This document shows, in pieces, positions 52,845-63,443 of a DNA stretch of 64,000 nucleotides. The position numbers and the translations under genes were made by a program. The stretch's first letter is position 1. Every line of letters begins with the position of its first letter. The DNA comes from Arenicellales bacterium (GTDB taxonomy: Bacteria > Pseudomonadota > Gammaproteobacteria > Arenicellales > Poriferihabitantaceae). Below the pieces are notes generated by a model that worked only from the letters and a program-made list of their open reading frames with translations, was not told where the DNA came from and searched no databases. Where the stretch lies: assembly GCA_963693025.1 (NCBI GenBank), contig OY843749.1:438935-502934 (forward strand). The letters run 5' to 3'.

Positions 52845-53751
52845 ACACGCCGTTATGAATCGCACCGCCGCGGGCGTCAATGCCGCCGGAATTCGCCGAG
52901 ACGAGTTGCGCGAAAAGTTAACGTTGTTTGGCTTGGCGGCGCCGGCGGCGATGCTGGTTTTGGTCATCATCGTCATTCCGGTCGGCTGGCTGTTCTGGTT
53001 GTCGCTGTTCAACGACGAAGGCGTGATGTCGCTGAGCAACTATACCCGGATGCTCGAAAGCAAATCCTACACCCGCATATTCACGACCACCTTCAAGGTC
53101 AGTTTTCTAACCACGGCGCTGTGCGTCTTGCTCGGCTATCCGCTCGCCTATTTTCTCGCCCAGTTGCCGAAACGCTGGGCGGCGCTCGGCATGATGGCGG
53201 TGTTGCTGCCGTTCTGGACGTCGCTGCTGGTGCGAACCTATGCGTGGCTGGTGGTGCTGCAACGCAAGGGGCTGATTAACCAATGGGGAATCGAACTGGG
53301 CTTGTGGGACACGCCCATCCGGCTGGCGCACAACTTGAACGGCACGCTCATCGGCATGGCGCACATCATGCTGCCGTTTCTGGTGCTGCCGCTGTATGGC
53401 GCGATGAAATCCATCGACTTTGATTATATGAAGGCGGCATCAAATCTCGGCGCTACGCCGGCTTATGCGTTTCGGCATGTGTTCTTCCCGCTGTCCCTGC
53501 CGGGGCTGTTCGCCGGCATCATTATCGTCTTCGTGCTCTGCCTCGGCTTCTTCGTAACTCCGGCGGTGCTCGGCGGCGGCAAGGTCATCATGGTCTCGAT
53601 GAAAATCGAAACGCTGGTGGACTTGTTCTTCAACTTCGGCACCGCCAGCGCGCTCGGCGTCGTGTTGCTGGCGCTGACGCTGCTGGTTCTGTTTCTGGCG
53701 CACCGCCTCCTGCAACTCGACCGCGTGCTCGGCGGGGGGCATGGCGGATGA
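52837..53751 (+). CDS. ABC permease (PotB-like)
   Basis: LLPFWTSLLVRTYAW, AASNLGA, TPAVLGG. Confidence 0.9.
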   Translation: MTEHAVMNRTAAGVNAAGIRRDELREKLTLFGLAAPAAMLVLVIIVIPVGWLFWLSLFNDEGVMSLSNYTRMLESKSYTRIFTTTFKVSFLTTALCVLLGYPLAYFLAQLPKRWAALGMMAVLLPFWTSLLVRTYAWLVVLQRKGLINQWGIELGLWDTPIRLAHNLNGTLIGMAHIMLPFLVLPLYGAMKSIDFDYMKAASNLGATPAYAFRHVFFPLSLPGLFAGIIIVFVLCLGFFVTPAVLGGGKVIMVSMKIETLVDLFFNFGTASALGVVLLALTLLVLFLAHRLLQLDRVLGGGHGG

Positions 53752-54584
53752 ACCGCCGGCGCGCACACGGGAACTGGCTCGCGCAACCCGCCTCCGACAC
53801 CCAAATCACCCACGGCGGCAGGCTCTGGCTGTATGCCGTCGCCGCGCTGATTATGCTGTTTTTAATCATCCCGACTCTGATCGTTATCCCGATGTCATTT
53901 TCCGGCTCCCAGTATCTGGAATTTCCGCCGCGCAGTTGGTCGGGCAGGTGGTATGACAATTATTTTGGCTCCAACGAATGGATGCGAGCGACCTGGGTCT
54001 CAATCAAAGCCGCGATTTTAACCGTGCTCGTCATCACGCCGATGGCGACCATGGCGGCGTACGGATTGTATGTTTCCAACCTCAAAGCGGCGCGCTATGT
54101 TTTCATTCTGCTGATAACGCCGATGATGGTGCCGGTCATCCTGATTGCCATCGGCGTCTTCTTCGCGTATACCCACTTGCGCTTGAACAACACCCTGCTC
54201 GGGCTGGTGCTCGCCCACTCGGCGCTGGCGTTGCCGTTGTGCTTGATCGTAATCAGCGCGGGGCTGAAAAGTTACGATATGAATCAGGAACTCGTCGCGC
54301 GAAGCCTGGGCGCGTCCAGACTGCGGGCTTTTCTGGTCATCACCCTGCCGCAAATACGCTTTTCCGTCATCACCGGCGGATTGCTCGCGTTCATCGTTTC
54401 ATTCGATGAAGTCATCGTCGCGTTGTTCATCTCGGGCAGGGACATGTCAACCATCACGCGCAGCATGTTTCTCGCGCTACGCGATCAAATCGACCCGACC
54501 ATCGCCGCAATCTCCACCATCATGATTCTCATCACCACCGCCGCGCTGGTCATCGCGCAGGTGTTCGGGAAGTCGTCGGACTAG
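53748..54584 (+). CDS. ABC permease (PotC-like)
   Basis: ARSLGA..ITLP, SFDEV, PTIAAIST. Confidence 0.9.
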   Translation: MNRRRAHGNWLAQPASDTQITHGGRLWLYAVAALIMLFLIIPTLIVIPMSFSGSQYLEFPPRSWSGRWYDNYFGSNEWMRATWVSIKAAILTVLVITPMATMAAYGLYVSNLKAARYVFILLITPMMVPVILIAIGVFFAYTHLRLNNTLLGLVLAHSALALPLCLIVISAGLKSYDMNQELVARSLGASRLRAFLVITLPQIRFSVITGGLLAFIVSFDEVIVALFISGRDMSTITRSMFLALRDQIDPTIAAISTIMILITTAALVIAQVFGKSSD

Positions 54585-54595
54585 CGCGGCGCGTT

Positions 54596-55495
54596 TTACG
54601 AGTTGAGTTTGGCGAAAGTTTTTTTCACGGTTTTTAGCACTTGTTCTATGTTGCGTTTCTCCTTTTTATTGAGCACGCGTAGCGGGGAGCGGGCGGGGCC
54701 TGCGGGTAGGCCGCTCAGGGTGCAGGCGTATTTGATTGCTTGAACGAATTTTCCGCCTTGCTCCAGCACCGACATCAGCGGCAACAGCGCGGCCATGATT
54801 TCGCGGCCCTTTGCGATGTCGTTTTCAACCGCCACCGCCTGATATAGCGCCATGTGCTCTTTCGGCAGAAAGTTTCCGCCGGCGCAGACCCAGCCGCGCG
54901 CGCCCCAGGCGAAGAACTCCAGCGCTTGGTCATCGACTCCGCACAGCAGCGTGATATTCGGATAGTCGCACGCCAGCATGCGCAGTTGGGCGGGGTCGGC
55001 GGAAGCGTCTTTGACTGCCGCGAAATTTTTGCGGTGGCTGATGCGCTTGAAAAAGTCCGCCTGCATCATCGTCCCGGTGCGGGCGGGATAGTTATACAGC
55101 ATGACCGGCAGGTTGACCGCCCGGACAACGTCGAGCGCATATTCGGCGAGTTCGTGCTGAGTGGGCAACACATAACTCGGCGCATTGAGCAGGATCGCTT
55201 TCGCGCCATGCTCGTGCGCGGCTTCGGCATACGCGATGCACTCTTCGGTGCGAATCGAGCCGACACCGGCAATCATCGGCACCCTGCCGGCAATCGTCTG
55301 CGCCGCCAGTTCCATCAGCCGCACGCGCTCTTCAAAAGTCTGCGCGTAATACTCGCCGGTGGTCCCGCCCACGACAATGCCATGCACGCCGGCTTTAATC
55401 AGACGCTCAAGCACGACGGCAAAACCGTCCTCGTCAATCGAACAGTCATCGTGATACGGCGTGATGACCGGCGGATAAATGCCTTCAAATTTCAT
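54596..55495 (-). CDS. Dihydrodipicolinate synthase/N-acetylneuraminate lyase family protein (probably catabolic)
   Basis: GGTTGE, YNYP, Schiff-base Lys in VKDAS; follows an amino-acid ABC operon. Confidence 0.85.
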   Translation of the reverse strand: MKFEGIYPPVITPYHDDCSIDEDGFAVVLERLIKAGVHGIVVGGTTGEYYAQTFEERVRLMELAAQTIAGRVPMIAGVGSIRTEECIAYAEAAHEHGAKAILLNAPSYVLPTQHELAEYALDVVRAVNLPVMLYNYPARTGTMMQADFFKRISHRKNFAAVKDASADPAQLRMLACDYPNITLLCGVDDQALEFFAWGARGWVCAGGNFLPKEHMALYQAVAVENDIAKGREIMAALLPLMSVLEQGGKFVQAIKYACTLSGLPAGPARSPLRVLNKKEKRNIEQVLKTVKKTFAKLNS

Positions 55496-55516
55496 AATAT
55501 TCTCCTCACGGTGGAT

Positions 55517-56239
55517 TCATAAAATTTTACCAAGAAATTCCCTGGTGCGCGCTTCTTTCGGATGGTCGATTAATGCGCCGGCGGCGCCGACTTCATGAAT
55601 CACCCCCTGGTGAAAAAACGCAACCCGGTCGGCGACTTCCCGCGCGAAGGGCATCTCATGCGTGACCGCAATCATCGTCATACCGTCTTTGGCGAGCATT
55701 CGCAAGGTGTCGAGCACCTCGCCCACCAATTCCGGGTCGAGCGCGGAAGTCACTTCATCCAGCAACAGGTAATCCGGGCTCATCGCCAGTGCGCGCGCGA
55801 TGGCAAGCCGCTGTTGCTGACCACCCGACAGTTGCGCCGGATAGCATTCAATTTTATCACCGAGTCCGACTTTTTCAAGGTGTTGTTCGGCCAGCAAGCC
55901 GGCTTCTTTGGGCGGCATTTTCAGCACTTTTCGGGGCGCCAGCGCGACATTCTGGCGGGCGGTCAGGTGGGGGAAGGCGTTGAATTGCTGGAAGACGATG
56001 CCGAGTTTTCGGCGCAGTTTGTCTTGATTGGTTTGCTTGGAATGGACATCGATGCCGTCGACCACAATCCGTCCGCGCGCAATTGGCTCGAGCGCGTTGA
56101 TGCACAGCAGCAGGGTTGATTTCCCCGAGCCGCTGGCGCCGATGAGGCAAACCACTTCGCCTTTGTCAACCACGAGGTCGATTCCTTTCAGCACCTCAAG
56201 CGCGCCAAAAGATTTGTGGACGTTGTCAATTTCAATCAC
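55517..56239 (-). CDS. Polar amino-acid ABC ATPase
   Basis: [36 protein letters not shown] start overlapping the upstream stop. Confidence 0.92.
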   Translation of the reverse strand: MIEIDNVHKSFGALEVLKGIDLVVDKGEVVCLIGASGSGKSTLLLCINALEPIARGRIVVDGIDVHSKQTNQDKLRRKLGIVFQQFNAFPHLTARQNVALAPRKVLKMPPKEAGLLAEQHLEKVGLGDKIECYPAQLSGGQQQRLAIARALAMSPDYLLLDEVTSALDPELVGEVLDTLRMLAKDGMTMIAVTHEMPFAREVADRVAFFHQGVIHEVGAAGALIDHPKEARTREFLGKIL

Positions 56240-56904
56240 CGCGCAACCTCGTGTTTTTGCCGCCACGATTTTTCATAGCGCCCGGCGAACAGCGTGATGA
56301 CATAGCACATGACGAAGTAGAAAGCCCCGGCGCCGAGCAGAATCAGCAGCGGCTCTTGAATGCGGTTGATGATGATTTGCGAGGCGCGCAAGAGTTCGGG
56401 TGGCGTGGCGCCGAGCACGGCGATTAACGAGGTGTCCTTCATCAAGCCGAGCATCAAACCGACCCAGGCGGGGAACACGGTGCGCATGCCGATGGGCACG
56501 ACCACATTGGAAAAGTCCTGGGCATAGGTCATGCCGAGCCCGCGCGCGGCTTTGCTCATGACCGCCGGCACCGATTCGATGCCCGCCTTGACCACTTCCG
56601 ACACATACCCGGAGATATACACCGACAGCGTGATGATGCCGGAGGTGAACGGGTCGAGCGGGTTGCCGGCGATTGCCATGAAACTGTTGAACAGGACGAA
56701 CTGTATGATGAGCGGTATGGAGCGGATGATATCGACATACGCGCCCAGCAAGCCGCGCAACAGCGGGTTGCGGCTGGTGCGCGCCCAGCCGATGAGGAAA
56801 CCCATCACGCTGCCCAGCGCGCCGGCGACGAGGGTCAGCACGAATGTGATGCCGGCGCCGCGCGCCATGAACCACAGGTCGTTGGCGGTGAAGGTGTAAA
56901 TCAT
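56236..56904 (-). CDS. Polar amino-acid ABC permease
   Basis: RSIPLIIQ, SEVVKAGIESV, KDTSL. Confidence 0.9.
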   Translation of the reverse strand: MIYTFTANDLWFMARGAGITFVLTLVAGALGSVMGFLIGWARTSRNPLLRGLLGAYVDIIRSIPLIIQFVLFNSFMAIAGNPLDPFTSGIITLSVYISGYVSEVVKAGIESVPAVMSKAARGLGMTYAQDFSNVVVPIGMRTVFPAWVGLMLGLMKDTSLIAVLGATPPELLRASQIIINRIQEPLLILLGAGAFYFVMCYVITLFAGRYEKSWRQKHEVAR

Positions 56905-57575
56905 TTCACCGCCCCGCCGCGCGACAGGTAGGCCGCGACCAGTTGCGCGAGGACGGTTGCGATTTTGGCGATGACCAAATACATGCAGGCGGCGACAAAA
57001 TAGAATTCAAACGGACGGAAAGTTTGCGATTGCAGAAACGTCGTCATTCCCGTCAATTCCTGCAAGCCGATGATCATTCCAAGCGAAGTGGCGAGCATCG
57101 CCCAGATGACTTGATTGACGATCGGCAAAAACACCGCACGCAATACTTGCGGCAGGGTCACATAGAGATAGGACTGCGCCGGTGTCAGCCCCAAACCGCG
57201 CGCCGCCAGTTTTTGTGAGGCGGGAACCGAACTGAAACCGCCCCGGATAATCTCGGCGAGATAGCCCGCGTTGTTGAACGCAACCGCGCTGAGGACGGCC
57301 GTGTAGGGCGTCAGGTGGATGCCGAACGCGCCAAGCCCGAAGTAAGCCATATAGATTTGCAGCAACGCCGGCGTGTTGCGGGCAAGCGCAATCCACGCAA
57401 TCGATGCGCTTTTTAGAATCGGATTATCGGAGTCCTTGAATACCGCCAGCAGGGCCGCGATGACGAGGCCGATGATGATGGAAAGCAGGGTCAGTTGCAG
57501 CGTCAGCAAGCCCGCCTGAAACAACTCGGGCCAGTGCTTCCAAACGACCCGCCATTGAAAGGTGTAGTCGAGCAT
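56901..57575 (-). CDS. Polar amino-acid ABC permease
   Basis: RNTPALLQ, AEIIRGG, LPQ. Confidence 0.9.
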   Translation of the reverse strand: MLDYTFQWRVVWKHWPELFQAGLLTLQLTLLSIIIGLVIAALLAVFKDSDNPILKSASIAWIALARNTPALLQIYMAYFGLGAFGIHLTPYTAVLSAVAFNNAGYLAEIIRGGFSSVPASQKLAARGLGLTPAQSYLYVTLPQVLRAVFLPIVNQVIWAMLATSLGMIIGLQELTGMTTFLQSQTFRPFEFYFVAACMYLVIAKIATVLAQLVAAYLSRGGAVK

Positions 57576-57606
57576 TACACGCTATGGTCGGGGGCATGCC
57601 CACGCC

Positions 57607-57648
57607 ACGCGAAATGAATCCGGGAGGCGGTCCCCGGATTTATTTCGC
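57607..57648. other. Intergenic hairpin between substrate-binding protein and permease genes
   Basis: CGCGAAATGAATCCGGG-loop-CCCGGATTTATTTCGCG. Confidence 0.6.
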
Positions 57649-57677
57649 GCGTTTGTTGGCGGGCTCGGCTCAGTTTT

Positions 57678-58508
57678 TCAATATCCGTGAATGCCCGGAT
57701 ACGTCATGCTGGGCGCCGGATAGCCAAACCATTTAATGTACAGTTCATCCGTGCGACCGGTCTTCCACTGATGCCAGACGAACAGGTTAATCCAGTTCAA
57801 CAGCCCCTGATGATCTCGATTGACCATCAAACCCGTCCAGTCGGAGGGCGCGGTGGTGACGCTGCAACAAACCTTTATCTTGTCCTTGCCTTTGCCCTTC
57901 GCGTATTCGCCAAAAATCGCGGTGCTTTCGACTATCGCATCGACCTTGCCTTGCGACAACGCCAAAAACTGCTCCGCGTTTGACCCGTAGGCGATGTGCG
58001 ATGTCCCGCCGCCCCATTTCTTCATGTCTTTGAGGAACGCCACCTCGCCGGTTGTGCCGCGCACGGTGCCGATCGCCTTGCCCTTCAAATCGTCATAGGT
58101 GCGGATGGTGGTGTTGTCCGCCGCAACCGCGACCCCGACATCCCAGATTTGATACGGAATTGAAAACGCCACCGACTTGGCGCGCTCCAGCGAGTTGGTC
58201 GCCGAGGCGACACCGACATCGACGCGCCCCGACAGAATCGCGGGAATGCGGTCCGGAGCCGGCGTCTCGACGATGACCGCTTCCACGCCCAGCGCCTCCG
58301 CCATATCCCGGCAAAACTCCACATCATAGCCAACCGGTCGGTTGTCGTTGTCGCGCATGCCAACCGGCGGAACATCGAGCATGATGCCGCACTTGACCTC
58401 GCCTTGCGCGATGATGTCGTCAAGCCGGTCAGCCAACACGGCGGTGGAAATGAAGGCGGCGCCGATCGTTGCCGCCGCCAGATACTTCGGGGTTTTATAT
58501 GATTTCAT
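57678..58508 (-). CDS. Polar amino-acid ABC substrate-binding protein (family 3)
   Basis: GYDVEF, RIPAILSGRVD, ERAKSVAFSIPY; GGAGG RBS before ATG 58508. Confidence 0.9.
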   Translation of the reverse strand: MKSYKTPKYLAAATIGAAFISTAVLADRLDDIIAQGEVKCGIMLDVPPVGMRDNDNRPVGYDVEFCRDMAEALGVEAVIVETPAPDRIPAILSGRVDVGVASATNSLERAKSVAFSIPYQIWDVGVAVAADNTTIRTYDDLKGKAIGTVRGTTGEVAFLKDMKKWGGGTSHIAYGSNAEQFLALSQGKVDAIVESTAIFGEYAKGKGKDKIKVCCSVTTAPSDWTGLMVNRDHQGLLNWINLFVWHQWKTGRTDELYIKWFGYPAPSMTYPGIHGY

Positions 58509-58656
58509 GGTATACCTCCTACGGTTGAGTATTAAATAAGATACGCGGTGTTTCTTTCCCCACCGCCTGGTCACGCATTTTTGACTTTGCTTAATCGACC
58601 GTGCCTGCGATAATCCGGGTTAATCTACTCCTTTTATTCGCAACATACAATTTTCG

Positions 58657-59772
58657 GTGAAGATTACAAAAATCTCGGTTTATCAGGTTGCCTTGCCGAT
58701 GAAGGAAGGCGCGTATAGTTGGTCAACGCAGTCCTTTTCGGCGTTTGACAGCACGGTGGTCATCGTTGAGACCGACTGCGGCTTGAGCGGCGCCGGCGAA
58801 ACCTGCCCGCTGGGGCCGTCCTACCTGCCCGCTTTTGCGGAAGGCGCGCGCGCCGGGCTTGCCAAACTCGCCGCCGGACTCATCGGCGAGAACCCCATTG
58901 AACTGAATGCGATTAACGGGCGCATGGATGCGTTGTTGAAGGGGCATCCGTATGTCAAGTCGGCGATCGATATGGCGTGCTGGGACCTCTTCGGCAAGGC
59001 GACCGGTCAACCGGTTTATACGCTGCTTGGCGGAATGTGCCAGCCGCGCGTCAAGTTATTCAAGGTGGTCAGCCGGCAGAAGGCGGACGCCATGGCGGTG
59101 AAAATTCGAGACTATCAAGCGCAAGGTTTCAAGCAGTTCCAAATCAAGGTCGGGGCGGGCGCGGATGATGATATTGAGCGCATCTTCAAGGTGTCCGCCG
59201 AACTCAGGGCGGGCAATGTGCTCAACGCCGACGCCAACACCGGCTGGCGCCAGCACGACGCCATTCGCGTCGTCAAAGCAATCCGCGATGTGGACGTGTA
59301 TATCGAGCAACCCTGCCTGACCTACCCGGAGTGCCTGGCGGTGCGCCGCCACTGCGACCACCCGATGATTCTGGACGAGTGCATCGACAGCATCGACATC
59401 TTGATGCGCGGCTACCGCGACAGCGCCATGGATTTAATCAACCTGAAAATCAACCGGGTCGGCGGTTTGACCAAAGCCTGCCAGTTCCGAGACTTGTGCA
59501 TGACCATGGGCTTGGCGATGACCATTGAAGACGCCTGGGGGAGTGAAATCGCCACGGCGGCGATCGCGCATCTGGCGCATTCATTGCCGCAGGAATTTCA
59601 CTTCCAGTCATCCGCCTTTCACGAATACACCGAGGTTGAGGTCGCAAGCGGCGCTCCCGTCATCGAAGACGGCTATATGAAAGTGTCCGACCGCCCCGGC
59701 CTGGGCGTCGAACCCAACCCGGACGTCCTCGGCGAAGCGGTGTTTACCACGGACAGCGGAGCCCCTCGATGA
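58657..59772 (+). CDS. Enolase-superfamily enzyme, probable cis-3-hydroxy-L-proline dehydratase
   Basis: EGAYSWS..FDSTVV, CPLG.SYLP, GHPY.K..ID.ACWD, FQIKVG, ADANTGW, YIEQPCLTY resemble the characterised cis-3-hydroxy-L-proline dehydratase as I recall it. Confidence 0.7.
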   Translation: MKITKISVYQVALPMKEGAYSWSTQSFSAFDSTVVIVETDCGLSGAGETCPLGPSYLPAFAEGARAGLAKLAAGLIGENPIELNAINGRMDALLKGHPYVKSAIDMACWDLFGKATGQPVYTLLGGMCQPRVKLFKVVSRQKADAMAVKIRDYQAQGFKQFQIKVGAGADDDIERIFKVSAELRAGNVLNADANTGWRQHDAIRVVKAIRDVDVYIEQPCLTYPECLAVRRHCDHPMILDECIDSIDILMRGYRDSAMDLINLKINRVGGLTKACQFRDLCMTMGLAMTIEDAWGSEIATAAIAHLAHSLPQEFHFQSSAFHEYTEVEVASGAPVIEDGYMKVSDRPGLGVEPNPDVLGEAVFTTDSGAPR

Positions 59773-61175
59773 CAACCCCTTACAACACCGCCGAACTGCG
59801 CGACCTTGACCGTAAGCATCACTTTCATCCGTTCACCAATCACCGCCGCATGCATGCCGGCGGGGCGCGTATTATTTGTGGGGCTGAGGGGGTTTATGTT
59901 TATGATTCGGATGGCAAGCAATATCTTGACGCGATGTCGGGGTTGTGGTGTGTCAATATTGGTTATGGGCGGCGCGAACTTGCCACGGTCGCGGCGGAGC
60001 AGATGGAGCGGTTGCCCTATTACAACAGTTTTTTTCAGACCGCGCAGGTGCCGGCGGTGGAGTTGGCGCACGCGCTCGCCGAGGTGACGCCGGCGCAGTA
60101 TAAGCGGGTGTTTTTTGGTTGCACCGGCTCGGATGCGAACGACACCATCGTGCGTTTGGCGCGATACTACTGGCAACTGCGCGGGCGCGCCGAGCGTCAA
60201 ATCATTATCAGCCGGCACAACGCCTACCACGGCAGCACCCTCGCCGGCGCGAGTCTCGGCGGGATGAATGCGATGCATGCGCAGGGCGGTTTGCCGATTC
60301 CCGGCATCGAGCATATCGAGCAGCCCTATTACTTTGGGCGCGGGGGCGATGATGAAGCATTGTCCGAGGCCGATTTTGGCATTCACGCGGCGCGCGCGCT
60401 GGAGAATAAAATCGTGGCGCTCGGCGCGGACAAGGTGGCGGCGTTCATCGGCGAGCCGATTCAGGGCGCCGGCGGCGTCATCATTCCGCCGCACACCTAC
60501 TGGCCCGAAATCCAACGCATCTGCAAAAAATACGACATCCTGCTCATCGTCGACGAGGTCATCTGCGGCTTCGGTCGCACCGGCAACTGGTTCGGCTCGG
60601 ACACCTTCGCCATCGAAGGCGATTTGATGACCCTCGCCAAGGGTTTGTCGTCCGGCTACCAGCCCATCAGCGCGGTGATGGTGGCGGACAAAATCGCCGA
60701 CGCGCTCGATGAACACGACGACGAGTTCAGCCACGGCTACACCTATTCGGGGCATCCGGTCGCCTGCGCGGTCGCCTTGAAAAACATCGAGATACTGCGA
60801 CGCGAACGCATCATAGAAAACGCCCGCGCGCACAGTATGGACTACCTGCAAACGCGCCTGCAAACCCTCGCCGCGCATCCCCTGGTCGGCGAGGTGCGGG
60901 TCGAGGGTTTCGTCGGCGCGATTGAGTTGGTCGCGGACAAAACAACCCGTCAACGCTTCGACACCAACGGCACCGCCGGCACACTATGCCGCGAAGCCTG
61001 TTTTGACAACGGCCTGGTAATGCGCGCGGTTGGCGACACGATGGTATTTTCTCCGCCGCTTGTTATTAGTCATGCTGAGATCGATGAGTTTGTTGAAAAG
61101 GCGGGGGGGAGTTTGGAGGTGGTTGGGCGGGTAATCTCGTCATTCTCGAATGATAGAAAAATAGGGAGCCGGTAG
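59769..61175 (+). CDS. Class III (omega) aminotransferase, SpuC-like
   Basis: DAMSGLWCVNIGYGR, AYHGST, GEPIQGAGG, DEVICGFGRTG, LAKG. The stop codon lies inside a repeat arm. Confidence 0.9.
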   Translation: MTTPYNTAELRDLDRKHHFHPFTNHRRMHAGGARIICGAEGVYVYDSDGKQYLDAMSGLWCVNIGYGRRELATVAAEQMERLPYYNSFFQTAQVPAVELAHALAEVTPAQYKRVFFGCTGSDANDTIVRLARYYWQLRGRAERQIIISRHNAYHGSTLAGASLGGMNAMHAQGGLPIPGIEHIEQPYYFGRGGDDEALSEADFGIHAARALENKIVALGADKVAAFIGEPIQGAGGVIIPPHTYWPEIQRICKKYDILLIVDEVICGFGRTGNWFGSDTFAIEGDLMTLAKGLSSGYQPISAVMVADKIADALDEHDDEFSHGYTYSGHPVACAVALKNIEILRRERIIENARAHSMDYLQTRLQTLAAHPLVGEVRVEGFVGAIELVADKTTRQRFDTNGTAGTLCREACFDNGLVMRAVGDTMVFSPPLVISHAEIDEFVEKAGGSLEVVGRVISSFSNDRKIGSR

Positions 61176-61359
61176 GCGACCATATTTTTCATCACCTTCG
61201 GGAATCTCCCTAAGGTTACCGTGGACTTTGGCGAAGCCCTTGCCAATCTTAGGGAGATTCCCGAGGACGCAAGTGTCCGGTAAGCCGCCGCTTAAAAAGA
61301 AAAAGCGCGGCGGCAACGGACACTAACGCTCGAGAATGACGACGTAATGGAGAATGACG
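61138..61359. repeat. CGTC repeat dimer (arm B + inverted arm A) with stuttered end
   Basis: Termini at 61138 and 61341; extra AGAATGACG at 61351-61359. Confidence 0.93.
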
Positions 61360-61465
61360 AAGCATAAAAAAATCACCCAATTTGTGACATTTCCCACAAC
61401 TTTTTTACGGAACCCTCACTACCCTGCGCCTAATTTCACAAGCGGGCTTTGCAGGGAGCACGGAT

Positions 61466-63049
61466 ATGTCAGGAACACGGAAACAAGTGGGAAACGAGCA
61501 CGGTTCACCACACAGAAAGGCGCATCGGCGGGCGGTTATTGGCGTTTGCTTCAGTCACGTTAGCAATAACGCAAAGCGCGCATTGTTGCATCTTTGCCTG
61601 GTTTTATTGCTGCTTCCAACCCCTTCCCTTGCCATCACCGAAGCGCAGTTTATCGACAAGGTGTTGGCGCAGGACAAACTGTTGGAAGAGGCGCAAATCG
61701 GGCTTGACATTAAGCGCATTGAGCGCGATGCGAGCCGTGATAATTATGTCAACTGGAAAGCCAATTTGTCGTGGGATGTGGGTTATCGTTACCGCGATTT
61801 GGACCGGGACATCTACACCACTTACGACTACACCAGTCAGACTCGGGACTACCCGAAGACGGTCGGGGTGGCTGTTGAAAAACGGTTTCTGTCGCACCCC
61901 GGCAGTCTGCGAATGGGCATTAGCCGGAGCAAAGACAAAGGCACGGAAGAGCGCAACGACTCGCCCACGAAATCTCAGCGGGAAAGAAACATCGATGACC
62001 GAACCACTTATCACCACGTCAAAGAATACAAAACCCGGCACTACATTCAGTTCAACTATCCGCTGCTCAAACACGACACCAACGCCCTCTCGCTCAAAAC
62101 CCACCGCCGCGATATCGTTGACCTCAAGCGGCAACAGTTGTCGTTTTATGAAACCAAAGAGGACTTCCTCGACGCGCGGCTGAGCGACTATTTGTCGTGG
62201 ATGCGTTATCAGCGCCGGGTGATTATCAACCGGGAGTTGCTGGATAAACTGCGGCGGCTGCATCCCGACGGCGAGGCTGAAACCGCGCTGCTTAAAAGCA
62301 CGGTTTATCAAATAGAAAGATACCAGTCGGACGCCGGCATTCAGTTGCAGGCGATTAAGGAGAAACTGTCGGTGCTGCTCGACGACGCGGCGATTTTAAC
62401 CGAGACGCCGGAATACGAGTTGCACAAACGCATTGACTTTATTCGCGGAGATTTGCCGGACTATCTGACAACGCACAACCGCGAGTTGCAGCGCATCGCT
62501 TTGAGTATGGAGTTAAACAAAATTGAAATCGCCCACTATAAAAATCAAAACCTGCCGGAGTTGGATTTGATACTGCGCGCCGAGGAAAACTCAAACCAGG
62601 GGCATACGCGCACTTCCAAAATCAATGACGACCGGACAAACTATACCGCCACGCTGGAATTCAGTTATCCGTTGGGCGGCAACATTGCCAACAAGGCGAA
62701 CCTGAAAAAATTCCAGTTGGGGGTGCGCCGGTTGGAAATCAGTTATCAGGAGGAATTGCAAGACATCGTCGCCGACATTCAACGCTTGCACACGCTGCTG
62801 ACGCTGGACGAAGCGCAACTCCTAGAAGCCATCAACGCGGCGGCGCAGAGTGCGCGGATTGAGTTTGAAAACTATCAGTCGGGGGAGACTTCGTTTCGGG
62901 ATTTGTTGCAAGCCTTTCAGGATGAGCGCACGGCTAAATTGAATCATATTGATAATGTGATTGATTATCAACTTAATAGTATTGATTATGATAATTTGCT
63001 TGATAGGATTATTGAGACGCCTTGTGGGGTTGGGTTGTCTGGGTGTTGA
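61466..63049 (+). CDS. TolC-family outer membrane efflux-like protein
   Basis: Signal-like segment, helical and beta alternation, LPELDL...LEFSYPLG and YQSG..SFRDLL motifs. Start uncertain. Confidence 0.65.
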   Translation: MSGTRKQVGNEHGSPHRKAHRRAVIGVCFSHVSNNAKRALLHLCLVLLLLPTPSLAITEAQFIDKVLAQDKLLEEAQIGLDIKRIERDASRDNYVNWKANLSWDVGYRYRDLDRDIYTTYDYTSQTRDYPKTVGVAVEKRFLSHPGSLRMGISRSKDKGTEERNDSPTKSQRERNIDDRTTYHHVKEYKTRHYIQFNYPLLKHDTNALSLKTHRRDIVDLKRQQLSFYETKEDFLDARLSDYLSWMRYQRRVIINRELLDKLRRLHPDGEAETALLKSTVYQIERYQSDAGIQLQAIKEKLSVLLDDAAILTETPEYELHKRIDFIRGDLPDYLTTHNRELQRIALSMELNKIEIAHYKNQNLPELDLILRAEENSNQGHTRTSKINDDRTNYTATLEFSYPLGGNIANKANLKKFQLGVRRLEISYQEELQDIVADIQRLHTLLTLDEAQLLEAINAAAQSARIEFENYQSGETSFRDLLQAFQDERTAKLNHIDNVIDYQLNSIDYDNLLDRIIETPCGVGLSGC

Positions 63050-63067
63050 TTTTGATGGGGTGTTGAG

Positions 63068-63443
63068 ACCGTGCCAGTCTTAGGGAGATTCCCGAGGACG
63101 TAAGTGTCCGTAAGCCGCCGCTTAAAAGAAGAAGCGCGGCGGCAACGGTCACTAACGCTCGAGAATGACGAGTTATGCCCGTCATTCTCGAACGATAGAA
63201 AAATAAGGAGCGCCAGCGACCATATTTTTCATCGCCTTCGGGAATCTCCCTAAGGCTAGCGTGGACTTCAACAAAGCCTGTGCTAGTCTTAGGGAGATTC
63301 CCGAGGTCGTAAGTGTCCGTAAGCCGCCGCTTAAAAGAAGAAGCGCGGCGGCAAACGGACACTAACGCTCGAGAATGACGGGTGGTTGGGAATGACGAAG
63401 TGGGGGGCGGCGGGAACGGGCGCTGACGCTCGCTCGAATGACG
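63068..63443. repeat. CGTC repeat cluster (inverted arm A, B+A dimer 63180-63380, degenerate stuttered termini)
   Basis: GAATGACG termini at ~63171, 63380, 63397 and 63443. Confidence 0.93.
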
